IMG/VR virus record: IMGVR_UViG_3300021400_000612
Coordinates: 25,719 to 89,718 of that record
Source of the DNA: a virus
Taxonomy: Duplodnaviria > Caudoviricetes
Strand: one strand, 5' to 3'
DNA length: 64,000 nucleotides
Shown: positions 52,401 through 59,077 of the stretch, piece by piece
How positions within the stretch are numbered: the first letter of the stretch is position 1
Layout of the letters: every line of letters begins with the position of its first letter
Position numbers and translations under genes: made by a program
Notes under the pieces: generated by a model
What the model saw: the letters and a program-made list of their open reading frames with translations, nothing else
The model's database searches: none
Told to the model about the DNA's origin: nothing

Positions 52401-53575
52401 AAGATATTCTCAATCAATATAAAGATTTTAGAAACTCTCAACTTGCTGATGATAATGTTCGTAAAGAATATGCTTGGTTTAGAAAAGATATAACTACTGA
52501 ATTTGTAGAACGTCTTAGTCCTGAACTACAACAAGAATTTATTAGTATTCGTAAGCAATACGAAGATAAAGCTCTTAAAGAATTTGAAAAGCAACCTGAC
52601 ATTATGTCACAATTTAAACTTGGTGATAATGGAAAGTTAGCTTTTGCAGATGGTTCTATTTTAGCTGAACTTAACAATAATAGAGAAGCTAATTCAGAAG
52701 TTAATGATGCTTATAAAATTCTTGGCGCTCTTAAAGGACGTGTAATATCAGTTAATAAAAAGATTCATGGTGTATATGATAGAATGGGTTCTGCTCAACT
52801 TGAAAAGTATTGGTTGGGTGCTCTTGCAATGCAATATCATAAGCACATTTATCCTGGTATTATGAAACGTTATCGTAGACATGGTTACTATAATGAAGAA
52901 AGAGGTACTATTGAAAAAGGATGTTATAATGCTCTTATAGATTTCCTTGCTCTTCCTATTAGAAAATATCGTCAAGATATGAAAGATAATGAAGTTGAAG
53001 GAATGGAAGGTATTCAGAATCTATTTAAACATATTACTGATTTCTGTCTTAATGTTAAAACTCATTGGGCTCTCTTACCTGATTATGAACGTTCTAATAT
53101 TAGAAGAAATATTGGTGACATTGTTGGTGTATTAGGTGCTGTTGCTATTGCCATAGGTCTTAGAGCATTAGGTGATGATGACGATGAAGACGGAATTATT
53201 TACAACCTTTGTCTATATGAAGCTGACCGTCTTGCATCTGAAAGTTTCCAATTTAATCCTTTTGGTGCTATGTCTGAAGCTAAGAAACTTTGGAGTAATC
53301 CACTTGCAGTTCAAAGTATTATAAATGACGTTCTAGCATCTATGGGTACTATGGCTCAAATTCTAATTGAAGGTGAAGATTATGACCCATATTACACTAG
53401 TGGTAAATATTCTGGAGAACATAAACTTAAAGTATATATTGAACGTCGTATTCCTGTTTGGAGAGGTATCAATGCAATTCTTAATATTGCTGATGATAAT
53501 CATTACTACAAACTTGGAGATAATATGATTAGTGTAATACCTGTTAAAGATATTGCTAATTGGATTAAAGAGTAA
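40451..53575 (+). CDS. Virion-associated multisubunit-type RNA polymerase (fused double-psi beta-barrel), 4374 aa
   Basis: Catalytic GSDFDIDS (DFDID at 44939..44953, aa 1497-1501) preceded by SYRIPTEGKQS. Size and position match crAss-like virion RNAP. Confidence 0.9.
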   Translation: MGSINCSVAKRTRKVNTDRTNWDVDAQANIEQVSESINEKVSANHYSSVAWRNEAVQHSAVFGAKILDKVQRQHNQKVTGSMKSFLKNAIRNELNNVVVARIAREKGLPKATIKEQLGFNAETGLYSGNLQYVVENLKDTSESNNNIIAWYTEAYNDTINEATGISYSDEFFNNDVFAHSKLGSVKFDRDDTFGEYELAVALDVNDDNDTTDSEQGENPTDTDDSNVIAAFDHSGEHKDFMVGVDQDIKTYFDTLNKLKSSEKANDKWQLDKENLYEIVNTMDARACSSVLFHQGDFTDDQTMVDSIKRIARQCAGFEAFMKFAEDLENDADFRYKVYNNFAKRIMSKMETIVEDKNGKSNLANKRSNAVTALAFEFRNTIKSTAVSINNYEMEDRFNAWDKSLTNNPNIKYSEFLNKIATEPNDEDVLKFIGELTSMLQVYYPTIDKFAIANYLYNATDANGDIKVPTNLSNLKNILNRTIAASKRTAVAYNSLQYDIATEKNRKKRYALYNVDYVDNSNNQEAQALAELLAPYSAVRVDLNSRNTEGKLSSDVMNNNFLTNFINTLQSSLNRKFKDAEGNITYAQDCPLQHFKEFKFKSTQYNLSNILVEKVENGRVVNRGLFRKDGDRYVPTEYATDLLRISKFNGATSFDNSKNTLYSKMSKNDYITTAFINFFAGEGSINGTPMANYFMRIPSDSSTQFVVTAPRYEIAQSGRNALRNPDGSINKNHPIFQQFKNVFLQELIDMGDAINTIFVTDENGVVTRVEKDGKHLLQFNPNYSNTPVGRLYKKYHFNGKVVENFGTNNEKLTGNVFKSNRLVLVKNDGSEVNYGQQFIEQFVDFLYGGAIENNTNESVKFIKEKGRVVGVNLDAQSQDFRNALDDMIGRFIADYSREAINRIQGSKQFIKDSMKSLIGEDKDNKEFNRKVSEFILNTHLMYINFDDLFEGNSKFYGSAQDFLKRAKEVQGSGVPYGIVNYNNDFSIIQKSEKKGALLNEQSIIDRIGNIKQYDSFRGVTIVNTVRTPIECEYKKPDGSGKDGILVKTLASNFAKQAGRKRANDRDTQRARDMMAGFANAKVNDAQSYITFEEWVRRIAARGQLMKHLPLIEKIQKGETLTDTEMDAFVQVQKNFYYDQYYDEQTGIIVPRQIKNAEFVLVPQFIEGTQLKQIYDLMKKHDIDQLNTEETSKAGKHNVLTLWDNDGNLTEENIADFEAKADGAAEFFNYNNLYTQQETPQHVNAENKAGIQIMKKIIDNIPVGHKLYPIKQKFMTLYSANVQAAFQDLANELNIETDSNGYPVLDDNGQIKGLDYKKLYDLFREEAERLGVDSNLSDYFTLEDDIIEGVAQTLMPNFFSNVSNRVESVAQALFNSRITRQKLPGFHGAQVTSIGFKKENIQKSNTLRYHTRLNNKGKEVYAPYIEVMLPKSNFGLSAYDDATALKMLQEAGVDELISYRIPTEGKQSVAIMKVVGFTNDAQGSTIIVPDGWVPQTGSDFDIDSIYGIQFHFYVDEKTGKIKVPFMSDSDDDLVKRWHSYIRRHAEVGNAFENIEEDLKEYQDVIDNKETFTQFADVQRRTSETFAELPKRFKNLVAQISRDFKDENDKATYKESLENLITKLEAEIANRKYSNGVWMDSEGNAITNAQFEKLSEEEQDEYDWVGNNRDTILEVSDYIQSLKDVVAFLNNQQEVNIAYSKIGKITEFLSATQDKMYEDAAKENGLITLEEFGKLDINLQNSKASRDNEILNCMMTILADESSMEENLGRSNFDDISNTDKDNPGAIQKMMSPTARLKRERRSPYNFFDQADYQDDAMSGAKLKGFSVTRDNLCSVCNTVHPIAATDAYTMLYDATKYDIKELKEAFGEQNVNLSNDKKYIQVRHKTFGWTRNNKNIVGRILTSYSSETTAHILDAIKEGAAPNVNDLTFAVYKTFVDLGSDYNTAIGFMAQPAVTRIVDAYNRNKSIFTPFNTNPLQQAIRSLAEDLGVKVKNKNGKGISLNKLIEEINAKPELATAFKQIFGIDLHIGKVKGNEIEFENFALPTYLLKDRIDESGIFASSPVEGIDEKTLQQAFDLGILLKYSQFANFSQRIGDVARVTNPDKFGAKKNIFETNKVFDDIKELINRGDMPLQVMVGRNEDGTPNIISILEAIYPGIGNGDVDTFMRATPERASMYPPLYSFLKYATAPSVIINRTLFETQTDEFIAAVNSIEEVLGFDSKVTEKQYTDFQKYILGEIYSEIPFIKHPVVFNQKNNTFDVDINVDKQTEIGRIYGFSAPSDINFKPQRLYKPTKTDIETWRKLSPAQKVLWIQQNAKNPGIFGLFKVDLRNNNRDGSQTIEFSEDSVNIEDAYSMFNNAFYSENPLIRYAAADLIKYAFVVEGFQMSQHAVNKVIRNTPLMQSIETGGTGIVSYMRDAVRNIQDSINIDKVIENYVKSHDIQGLPKVNINDLNPRSLNDEKNKTIKIDQIDGKNVEREVDTPTGVLMIQINDDNISTLIENNILRIDEFGRYYERPYFKTTGRKGKTYKFEIVDGIGYAYPLNKLQPNEHSDWSTKLDNSPEPSAEYFEAIIKGEIDTSRKGDFMSPVTYKVNRVADFDINELKDNTVNKINNASSEILKGNAYYVWSPELSTKLPSIGDMSVQEIDGVVYDIMHVKADNVQKKYLGDNSSVTIQSGDVAYSDMINNPNYGLRAMGFKKPSLDVFMIRAHKQAEAVITPEELMSDTTEDLGSLSIDAIFTNASQGDTIAKEAQGLLQFRNSTQGRDIPVTSDSLFIISNYLTRVVDKINDQLKNFETEDGRHFKVTDPELINYIRNNPAERRRYLKVLLDARKIKRQFEAYLAFDTTSSDPELKRYLDNIKKKVVELDEALTSNGLELFAKDYLRGVSTNPLVQKDVITLLDGFYGSGMIEAMINDTQEMPNPLIQIITKEVMADIRAKEMQAEDRIKDFEDTLARIKKEATDAGMNINWDNIVDKTGKLIQPYKDAFIDDYRALKQNIESIKNTLRSDGTVDYEALNRAQLALDKWLNDNVELPLKGDEKDEFGLKTIKSFYTKKIELDQMMIDNAPKLFARYKELQAKRRDIVSHLNSSDSDPRWETELKDIDIEIKSLTASVRFDEASNAWIKKSDEDIHNAELLSKYKKEIKELYDEYYDKEENAGFREELEINLRVVKEAERRDQYGIPQASAEELRNNERYQRAATWLRKNAIFSPDPETYEKVNEAFKVLGNGRRKSQASEILKLVATSSSAYDTKGRVDGTKLTAEQQRNLNIAQQKEYNDRVNANAMAASLINSAGENDEIYTKEFYKLIYKEGYAKSEEYKAKVKEINDILAKHYGNSRTINFVDMTKEELEKLANLYRELRGIREDIEFAWSSKYAKLHAEDVDYVINQENFDIAKNAAELAGVDMNLWEAVNTEFATDESGKKVRVPNKLIYGRAVPSEAARAKKKKKSDASLYIDEAKTEAFKTIRGYMVSEPSEYYYEEYARRKKEGVDDDGRTFEEWYADNHVYNPYSRTMIPNKAWMVSRLNDNNEGTWEPGFAQSHSVPKEEYKNPNHKDGISLGVNFKDKDGRYKNDVAQNQYEKELQEEISKLLISLAHVESAKRFFESGYMPIMSKDEEHDMRFYLKEAAKGVGWIEDTNTGKELDENINYANDYIPSMPMTTKLQDMKGKKVKLEKPVYNEGDDVDEYNKKVAEYEKALLKQQADEEKYHQEQLNRDWESVIKRFIKEAAHYNAVQDNRLMLYYGQEILKNQMRYDTNIGRSDLKIDRRKSKGTKTVYETRDSKREYDQYTNWMRRLMFNQWKYNNPRWTRWANLAQSFTSANFMMMNIRGGIANVTLGETQIFAEAWAKEYFGTKEYLKGKGIWMANVASYLANMYSEKSSTVADAIIKFMNVVDFDEITGVVRANLDPAVYLKRARDFMFSPQTMGEHFMQNGAMFSIMLSHRLYKNENPEINGRSSYVIKGRAEVIRDAHEQALAKVLENREDILNQYKDFRNSQLADDNVRKEYAWFRKDITTEFVERLSPELQQEFISIRKQYEDKALKEFEKQPDIMSQFKLGDNGKLAFADGSILAELNNNREANSEVNDAYKILGALKGRVISVNKKIHGVYDRMGSAQLEKYWLGALAMQYHKHIYPGIMKRYRRHGYYNEERGTIEKGCYNALIDFLALPIRKYRQDMKDNEVEGMEGIQNLFKHITDFCLNVKTHWALLPDYERSNIRRNIGDIVGVLGAVAIAIGLRALGDDDDEDGIIYNLCLYEADRLASESFQFNPFGAMSEAKKLWSNPLAVQSIINDVLASMGTMAQILIEGEDYDPYYTSGKYSGEHKLKVYIERRIPVWRGINAILNIADDNHYYKLGDNMISVIPVKDIANWIKE

Positions 53576-53636
53576 GCTATCTACGATAGCAAAAAAAAAA
53601 GAATCCCAAGCTGCTCCTTACGAACAACTTGGGATT
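53576..53636. terminator. Terminator(s) at the convergence of + and - gene blocks
   Basis: GCTATC/GATAGC mini-hairpin, A10 (53591..53600), then an AATCCCAAG/CTTGGGATT stem, which reads as hairpin plus T10 on the - strand. Confidence 0.75.
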
Positions 53637-53767
53637 TATCTTTAAACTAATTAAAAATCTTATAGACTTTGAAATTGCTTTAGAGCTTGTCAAAGTTATG
53701 CCTTATAAGTTAATCATCCAATGTATTTGAAAGCAACACAAGCAAAGGAAATAAGCAAATAGAGGAT

Positions 53768-54049
53768 TTATTCCATTATTGCCGTACTTGTATGATTACG
53801 AAATAGTGTCGGAGGAACACTAATATCATCGCTATCAACAACTTCTTCACAACAACCAGCACCAAATCTAGCATCAAGAATAGAGTCTAGAGTAACAACT
53901 AGTTGTTTATGATACATTTCTTCTACGGGGGAGCTAGTAATACCTTTTATACTTCCTAGATAAGAACAGAAAATAAAAAAGTAAGCAACACTAATAAACG
54001 CTAAAGATATACCAAATCCTATAAGTATATAAATACAAACATCTTTCAT
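53768..54049 (-). CDS. Small membrane-anchored protein
   Basis: ATG 54049 is preferred over GTG 54094, which lies in a hairpin. One TM helix; contains a motif copy (SSPVEE). Confidence 0.55.
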   Translation of the reverse strand: MKDVCIYILIGFGISLAFISVAYFFIFCSYLGSIKGITSSPVEEMYHKQLVVTLDSILDARFGAGCCEEVVDSDDISVPPTLFRNHTSTAIME

Positions 54050-54059
54050 ATCATAAATA

Positions 54060-54092
54060 AAATTAAGGGTGCCAGCCGTATTGCTGACACCC
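54060..54092 (-). terminator. Rho-independent terminator
   Basis: On the - strand, a GGGTGTCAGC...GCTGGCACCC stem followed by TTAATTT, downstream of the thioredoxin gene. Confidence 0.6.
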
Positions 54093-54127
54093 ACATCAAT
54101 ATTTACTCAAAAGTAGCCAAAAAAGAG

Positions 54128-54397
54128 TTACTTATAATGAACATTAATCCACTGAACAACTACTACAGTAGGAACACTACCAATCTTTTTAAAAAGATAT
54201 TTATCGTCTTTATAGAAGATAGCACAAGGAGTATCAGTAATTTCAAATTTTTTAATTACTTTTTTATCTACATCCTTAATATCTATTGTTTCAACTGTAA
54301 CGTCTGCATTAGTTTTAAGAATAGCAGCAGTTATGGAGTTCTTCATAACTTGACAACCTAAGCAGCCTTCAGATGTAATTAACGTTATCTTATTCAT
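54128..54397 (-). CDS. Thioredoxin/glutaredoxin-like protein
   Basis: CLGC (CxxC) after an N-terminal strand, and a TP cis-Pro motif (ITDTPCAIF). Confidence 0.8.
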   Translation of the reverse strand: MNKITLITSEGCLGCQVMKNSITAAILKTNADVTVETIDIKDVDKKVIKKFEITDTPCAIFYKDDKYLFKKIGSVPTVVVVQWINVHYK

Positions 54398-54402
54398 AAC
54401 TT

Positions 54403-54684
54403 TTACTTATTAGTTGGTTTACCTTCTTCAGGAACTTCTTCCTCTTCCTCAATCTTCTGATAATAATTACCTTCATCATCTTTGAGAACATTCTCATTAA
54501 TCAGAAGACATTCTGTAGCATTAGCTATATTACTATATCCATTCAGAAGAATACAAATATTACCAAAGTTAGTCTTTGATTTCTCATCTGTAACAGGATA
54601 CTCTTTAACTGTAGCCTCAAGAACTGCAATATTATTTACAGCATCTCTATTAGCTTCAATAAGTACTTTAATATAATCGTTCAT
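54403..54684 (-). CDS. Hypothetical protein
   Basis: 93 aa with an acidic tail, operonic. Confidence 0.6.
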   Translation of the reverse strand: MNDYIKVLIEANRDAVNNIAVLEATVKEYPVTDEKSKTNFGNICILLNGYSNIANATECLLINENVLKDDEGNYYQKIEEEEEVPEEGKPTNK

Positions 54685-54708
54685 AATTTTATTATCTTTA
54701 TATTATTA

Positions 54709-55140
54709 TCAAACACCAGTAGAACCATGTCCACCTTCACCACGTTCAGTTTCACTAAGTTCAGTAGCCTCAACAGGCATAACTTGAGGATAAGGCATAA
54801 TAATAAGTTGACAAACTTTATCACCAACCTTATAACTTTCTGTAGTACCTTTACTTTGAGGACGGAAAGTACACATAATTTCTCCACGATAACCAGAGTC
54901 GATAACTCCTACACAATTAGTAAGAGCAAGACCATATTTACGAATAGAACTACGTGGGAAAATAAGACCAACATAACCCTCAGGAATTTCTACTGCAAGT
55001 CCAGTACCATAAACAAAGCACTGAAAGTCATCAGACCAATGCTTACTAGTAGCAGTTAAATCAAGTCCTGCATCTCCAGGCTTAGCATAAGCTGGGATTT
55101 TAGCTTCAGGAACTAACTTTTTAAACTTTACTTCTAACAT
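54709..55140 (-). CDS. dut: dUTP pyrophosphatase (trimeric dUTPase)
   Basis: All five motifs present: AGLDL, PRSS, GVIDSGYRGEI, GDKVCQL, RGEGGHGSTG. Confidence 0.97.
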   Translation of the reverse strand: MLEVKFKKLVPEAKIPAYAKPGDAGLDLTATSKHWSDDFQCFVYGTGLAVEIPEGYVGLIFPRSSIRKYGLALTNCVGVIDSGYRGEIMCTFRPQSKGTTESYKVGDKVCQLIIMPYPQVMPVEATELSETERGEGGHGSTGV

Positions 55141-55191
55141 AATTATTACTTCTTTTAGGATGTGCCATTTTAATTTGACAAATAATTACTG

Positions 55192-55222
55192 CAAATATAA
55201 TAATAATATCGTAAATTGCAAA
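55192..55222 (-). promoter_or_regulatory. Bacteroidota-type promoter for dut
   Basis: On the - strand: TTTG (55222..55219), 19-bp spacer, TATATTTG (55199..55192). Confidence 0.7.
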
Positions 55223-55254
55223 ATAACTATTGTTAAATTATGTTATCATACATT

Positions 55255-55307
55255 TCTTCTACGGGGGAGCAATTAGCACTATAAGTAGTACTAGCTCCCC
55301 CGTAGAA
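55255..55307. repeat. Inverted pair of the dispersed motif
   Basis: TTCTACGGGGGAGC (55257..55270) and GCTCCCCCGTAGAA (55294..55307), a 14-bp perfect inverted repeat with a 23-bp spacer. Confidence 0.9.
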
Positions 55308-55322
55308 AAGAATGTTGATTAA

Positions 55323-56390
55323 CTATGCAGCTTTATAATCTATAACTAAATTAAGAGCTTTACTTGTAGCAAGTCTATCTCCACCAAAGATAAGATTATC
55401 CATACGCTTTTCGCCTTCTTGTTTCTTAACATTGCTATAATAGCCAGTGATGGCATTATAAGCACCCCAAGCGTTACCTATAATATGTTCTTGAGCAACT
55501 CCATTTTTATAATAATCAAACATAGTATTAAGAATGTTAGCTTTACGAGTACTAATATTAGTCTTCTGCATAGCAAGCCAATCTCTTTCAAATACTTTGC
55601 GAATACCATTTTCATGGTTATACTCGACAACAGCTTCATATTCAGCTTTAGTAAGTTGTAGACGAGCAATATAATCTCTAACTTGGTCATCAGTCATCTT
55701 AATAGTAAGAAGACTTTCATAAAGAAGTTGAGAACTCTTAGCATAATCTATTGCAGTACGAAGCATTTCAGCACCAAAGTCAAGTCTATCTTGTGCAGTC
55801 TTTGTATGTCTGATACGAATATGTGCAGTAGCTTCTTCTAATCCAGCATTAAGCATATTAAGACAGAAGACTCTGACAGGAGTAAATAGCACATCAATAC
55901 TACCACTACCATCGTGAGAAGTACTAAATACCAAATAGTTATCAATCGGGTCTTCTCCAACTCTAGTTTCAATAGGAAGCTTAGCTGTAATAAATACCTT
56001 ATGTCCATATCCGAAACATCCTGCATATTGGAAGAGAGCTTTTCCTTCTCCAATGGCATTATCTATAAAATTAAATGCATCAATATTTTGAACAACTTCA
56101 TACTTAGATTTAACGATACCAAGAGGGATATTCTTATCTACACGATATGTGCCATAAGCATTAGGACAAGGACGATAAATGTTACCTTTGTGAGCAAAGT
56201 CGCCCATAGTTTCATTAACAGAGTTATCTCCATGAATGTTAAAAGGCATCTTAGCAACAAGTTCACACTTATCTACCATAAAATCTAGACCAGCTTTCTT
56301 AATAACTTCTTCTGAGGTTTTACAATCAGTGACATCTTTGCCCATTTTACCACCCCAAGGAAGTCCGTAAACATCAAACTTTTTAGCCAT
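55323..56390 (-). CDS. DUF932 family (phage/plasmid-like TIGR03299) protein
   Basis: AGLDFMV, LGIVKSKYEVVQNIDAF, TSHDGSGS, TPVRVFCLN, IRHT, GNAWGAYNAITGY. Confidence 0.85.
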   Translation of the reverse strand: MAKKFDVYGLPWGGKMGKDVTDCKTSEEVIKKAGLDFMVDKCELVAKMPFNIHGDNSVNETMGDFAHKGNIYRPCPNAYGTYRVDKNIPLGIVKSKYEVVQNIDAFNFIDNAIGEGKALFQYAGCFGYGHKVFITAKLPIETRVGEDPIDNYLVFSTSHDGSGSIDVLFTPVRVFCLNMLNAGLEEATAHIRIRHTKTAQDRLDFGAEMLRTAIDYAKSSQLLYESLLTIKMTDDQVRDYIARLQLTKAEYEAVVEYNHENGIRKVFERDWLAMQKTNISTRKANILNTMFDYYKNGVAQEHIIGNAWGAYNAITGYYSNVKKQEGEKRMDNLIFGGDRLATSKALNLVIDYKAA

Positions 56391-56393
56391 ATT

Positions 56394-56576
56394 TTATTCT
56401 GTTAAAATAACAATTTTATTACCATCCCTAATTACATCTGCAACCTTTTTATAAAGTTGCAAATTTCCATATTCGTCAACAGGAGCTCCATTATAATATT
56501 GATGCTTATTAGCAACTACTAACTCATCTCCAGGCTTGCCTTTAAGGATTTCCTGGACAGCAGCATTAATTATCAT
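56394..56576 (-). CDS. Small hypothetical protein
   Basis: 60 aa, coupled to the flanking genes. Confidence 0.55.
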   Translation of the reverse strand: MIINAAVQEILKGKPGDELVVANKHQYYNGAPVDEYGNLQLYKKVADVIRDGNKIVILTE

Positions 56577-57313
56577 TTTATTGTAATACTTTGATTTTGT
56601 TCTATGTGAGCAATACTACTTAAATCTGTATTACCTTCAAGTAAAACATCTTTCATAGCAGTCTTACTAACATTTGATTTAACTTTATAATTTGTTATAA
56701 ATCCGAAGAACTTTTGCATAAAGTCAATACCGTTATTAGCAAGTAAGTCTTTGAGATTTACATCAAATGTAAGAGTAGCAGGAATATTATAAAGTTCATC
56801 AGCACTAAATTCTATTCCTCCATCAGAGTTTTTAATAGCTTCTCTAACTTCTTGCTCATCTAAGTCATGGACAGTGTTAAGTTCTCTAGTATAAGCAAGA
56901 GCATTAAAATAAGTAAATACAGATTTACATATAGCATCAGTTCTTTCAGTATCAACTTCAACTTTAGTTGTATTTCTAACACTAATCTTACCTGTGCCAT
57001 AGTCTAAGAATTTACCACCAGATTTAGTTTCGTCACCAAACTTAGTGATAGCTTCAGCAATTACTTTCGAAAGCCTTTCAATAACTTTGTTTTTGGCATC
57101 TTTAAGTTCTTTGAGACGAGCAGTTTCTTTATCGATAATATCAATTTCTCCTTTGAGGCTTTTGATAACTTCTCCATAAGACTTAACTTTGTTTTTGAAA
57201 TCTTCTTGAGTAACAGCAAGTTTTTCTTCAAGTTCAGGAGTTAATTCTCCACCATTTTCTTCTAGTTCGTTAGATATATCTAGAAGGTCTTGTTGTATTT
57301 GCCAAATATTCAT
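56573..57313 (-). CDS. Siphovirus Gp157 family protein
   Basis: MNIWQIQQDLL...LEENGGELT...ETARLKELK N-terminus and a C-terminal QSITIK. Confidence 0.8.
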   Translation of the reverse strand: MNIWQIQQDLLDISNELEENGGELTPELEEKLAVTQEDFKNKVKSYGEVIKSLKGEIDIIDKETARLKELKDAKNKVIERLSKVIAEAITKFGDETKSGGKFLDYGTGKISVRNTTKVEVDTERTDAICKSVFTYFNALAYTRELNTVHDLDEQEVREAIKNSDGGIEFSADELYNIPATLTFDVNLKDLLANNGIDFMQKFFGFITNYKVKSNVSKTAMKDVLLEGNTDLSSIAHIEQNQSITIK

Positions 57314-57315
57314 AA

Positions 57316-57555
57316 TTAATATATTATATCTTTTACAGTGTTAATCATATTTCTAATATCATTAACATTTCCAATAAATTTATCTTCATTTTCTTCTACT
57401 GTTATATAAGATTTTGAAAAAATATAAAGTACATCTCTAATATCATCAAGTTTTTGTTGTTTAGATTCTTTATTTGAATAATATCCAATAATAAAACAAA
57501 CAAATATAATAGTTATACAAATTATAACTGTAATAATAACATTTTCTGTAATCAT
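57316..57555 (-). CDS. Small membrane-anchored protein
   Basis: N-terminal TM helix, with an ATGA overlap. Confidence 0.55.
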   Translation of the reverse strand: MITENVIITVIICITIIFVCFIIGYYSNKESKQQKLDDIRDVLYIFSKSYITVEENEDKFIGNVNDIRNMINTVKDIIY

Positions 57556-57755
57556 AATGTTATATCTCCTATGTGACTTTTATTTTTAACATCAACAGCA
57601 TTACGTTCTAAATCTGCTTCATTCCAAAAAGAAATACTACATAAACCTTTATTTACCATAAGTATTCCTTCTTCATTTACAATTAATAGATGTTTAGTAT
57701 ATTCTTTATCAGTTTTATTTAGCTTAACATCAGCAGTATAAAGACTAGTCACCAT
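57552..57755 (-). CDS. Hypothetical protein
   Basis: 67 aa, operonic overlaps. Confidence 0.5.
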   Translation of the reverse strand: MVTSLYTADVKLNKTDKEYTKHLLIVNEEGILMVNKGLCSISFWNEADLERNAVDVKNKSHIGDITL

Positions 57756-57972
57756 TTTTAGTAAAATATTTAAGTTCTCCTTTAACTTTCAGCTCCCCTT
57801 TAGAAGAAATTATGGTTAAATTAGAACCAGGAAATTTCTCATTAAGAGTGTCACATAAATCTTCAAGACAACTTATAGCATTAGTATAAGCTCTATCAGA
57901 AAGATGTAATATAACAATAGTGCAACAAATAAGTATCGCACAAAGTAATAAACTAATACTTAACCAAATCAT
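57745..57972 (-). CDS. Small membrane-anchored protein
   Basis: N-terminal hydrophobic helix; contains a motif variant (SSKGE). Confidence 0.55.
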   Translation of the reverse strand: MIWLSISLLLCAILICCTIVILHLSDRAYTNAISCLEDLCDTLNEKFPGSNLTIISSKGELKVKGELKYFTKNGD

Positions 57973-58142
57973 CTTCTATAATTATTATCAGTATAAACAA
58001 TAGTTTCTTTAATTTTACCACAATTGGTACAACGAGAGATAATAGTCATTCCGACTACAGCACCATAAGGATTTTTAATATCCTTCTTTTCAAGAACTTC
58101 ATATTTATGAAGTCCAAGATAACATTTTAAATCTTGAGTCAT
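57969..58142 (-). CDS. Small Zn-finger-like protein, 57 aa (DUF1660-like; not in ORF track)
   Basis: MTQDLKCYLGLHKYEVL...SRCTNCGKIKETIVYTDNNYRR*, with a C-x4-H...CxxC pattern and ATGA overlaps at both ends. Confidence 0.7.
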   Translation of the reverse strand: MTQDLKCYLGLHKYEVLEKKDIKNPYGAVVGMTIISRCTNCGKIKETIVYTDNNYRR

Positions 58143-59071
58143 AACAAATTACGTTTAATAAATTCTTGTTTAAGAGGTTCAGCAACTAACTTAGCATTAG
58201 GATGAGGAGAACCTGAAACACCATCAGCTCTAAGAGCAAAGAAATGTTTCCAATCATCTACAAAAGCAGTATGAATTAATTGAGTTTTAGTAGCAAGAGG
58301 AAGAACTTCTCTAGCTTGTTGAGGTTTCCAACCAATTTCAATAAGTTTATTATAACAATATTCACAAATAGTTAATGCACATAAATAATAATCTATATTA
58401 GTCCAATCTCTATCTGCTTTTCTACAAATATCATCACAATAACTAATAACACTATCAAATTGATGTGACTCTACGTAAGGTAAATGTTCTTCACCAAGCA
58501 ACCAAGCAGGAAGTCCAATCTTAATTTGACCATCATTACGCTTATTATAATTACAATATCTAGTACTTTCTTCTGCAATAGAATTAACTCTGTGACGATT
58601 AAATTCACGAGATACTCCTATGTTAGTAGTAAAAGAAACTGTAACACGACGAGCATGAAAATCAGTTGGAGTACAAATATATTTTAAATCACAAAGAAAA
58701 TTAGTTTCATATATAACACGAAGATTAGTAGTTACATAACAAATACCAGCATCATAATTAACTTTACTATAAGGATTTTGTTCATAAAATTCTTCAAAAC
58801 TATTATAATTAGCATCAGAATAGTCTACATTTCTTTTAAGATAAACAGTACCATGTTCAAGCATAGCACCATGAATCTTATTAAAATTAAGCTCCCCTGT
58901 AGAAGAATCTTGTCTTAGAATAACTCTCTTAACAAATTCTTCATCAGTTTCACCATCATTCTTAGGAGTACTTTGATAACAAACTCTAGTACAACGAGCA
59001 ATATGTTTCCACATATCTTCTAGAATAGTACCTTGTTCCCATATTTCAGCTTTTGGTCTAACAAGTTCCAT
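58139..59071 (-). CDS. thyX: Flavin-dependent thymidylate synthase
   Basis: HGAMLEH, SREFNRHR-x7-ESTRY, QQAREVLP, WKHFFALR. Confidence 0.95.
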   Translation of the reverse strand: MELVRPKAEIWEQGTILEDMWKHIARCTRVCYQSTPKNDGETDEEFVKRVILRQDSSTGELNFNKIHGAMLEHGTVYLKRNVDYSDANYNSFEEFYEQNPYSKVNYDAGICYVTTNLRVIYETNFLCDLKYICTPTDFHARRVTVSFTTNIGVSREFNRHRVNSIAEESTRYCNYNKRNDGQIKIGLPAWLLGEEHLPYVESHQFDSVISYCDDICRKADRDWTNIDYYLCALTICEYCYNKLIEIGWKPQQAREVLPLATKTQLIHTAFVDDWKHFFALRADGVSGSPHPNAKLVAEPLKQEFIKRNLL

Positions 59072-59077
59072 AATATA

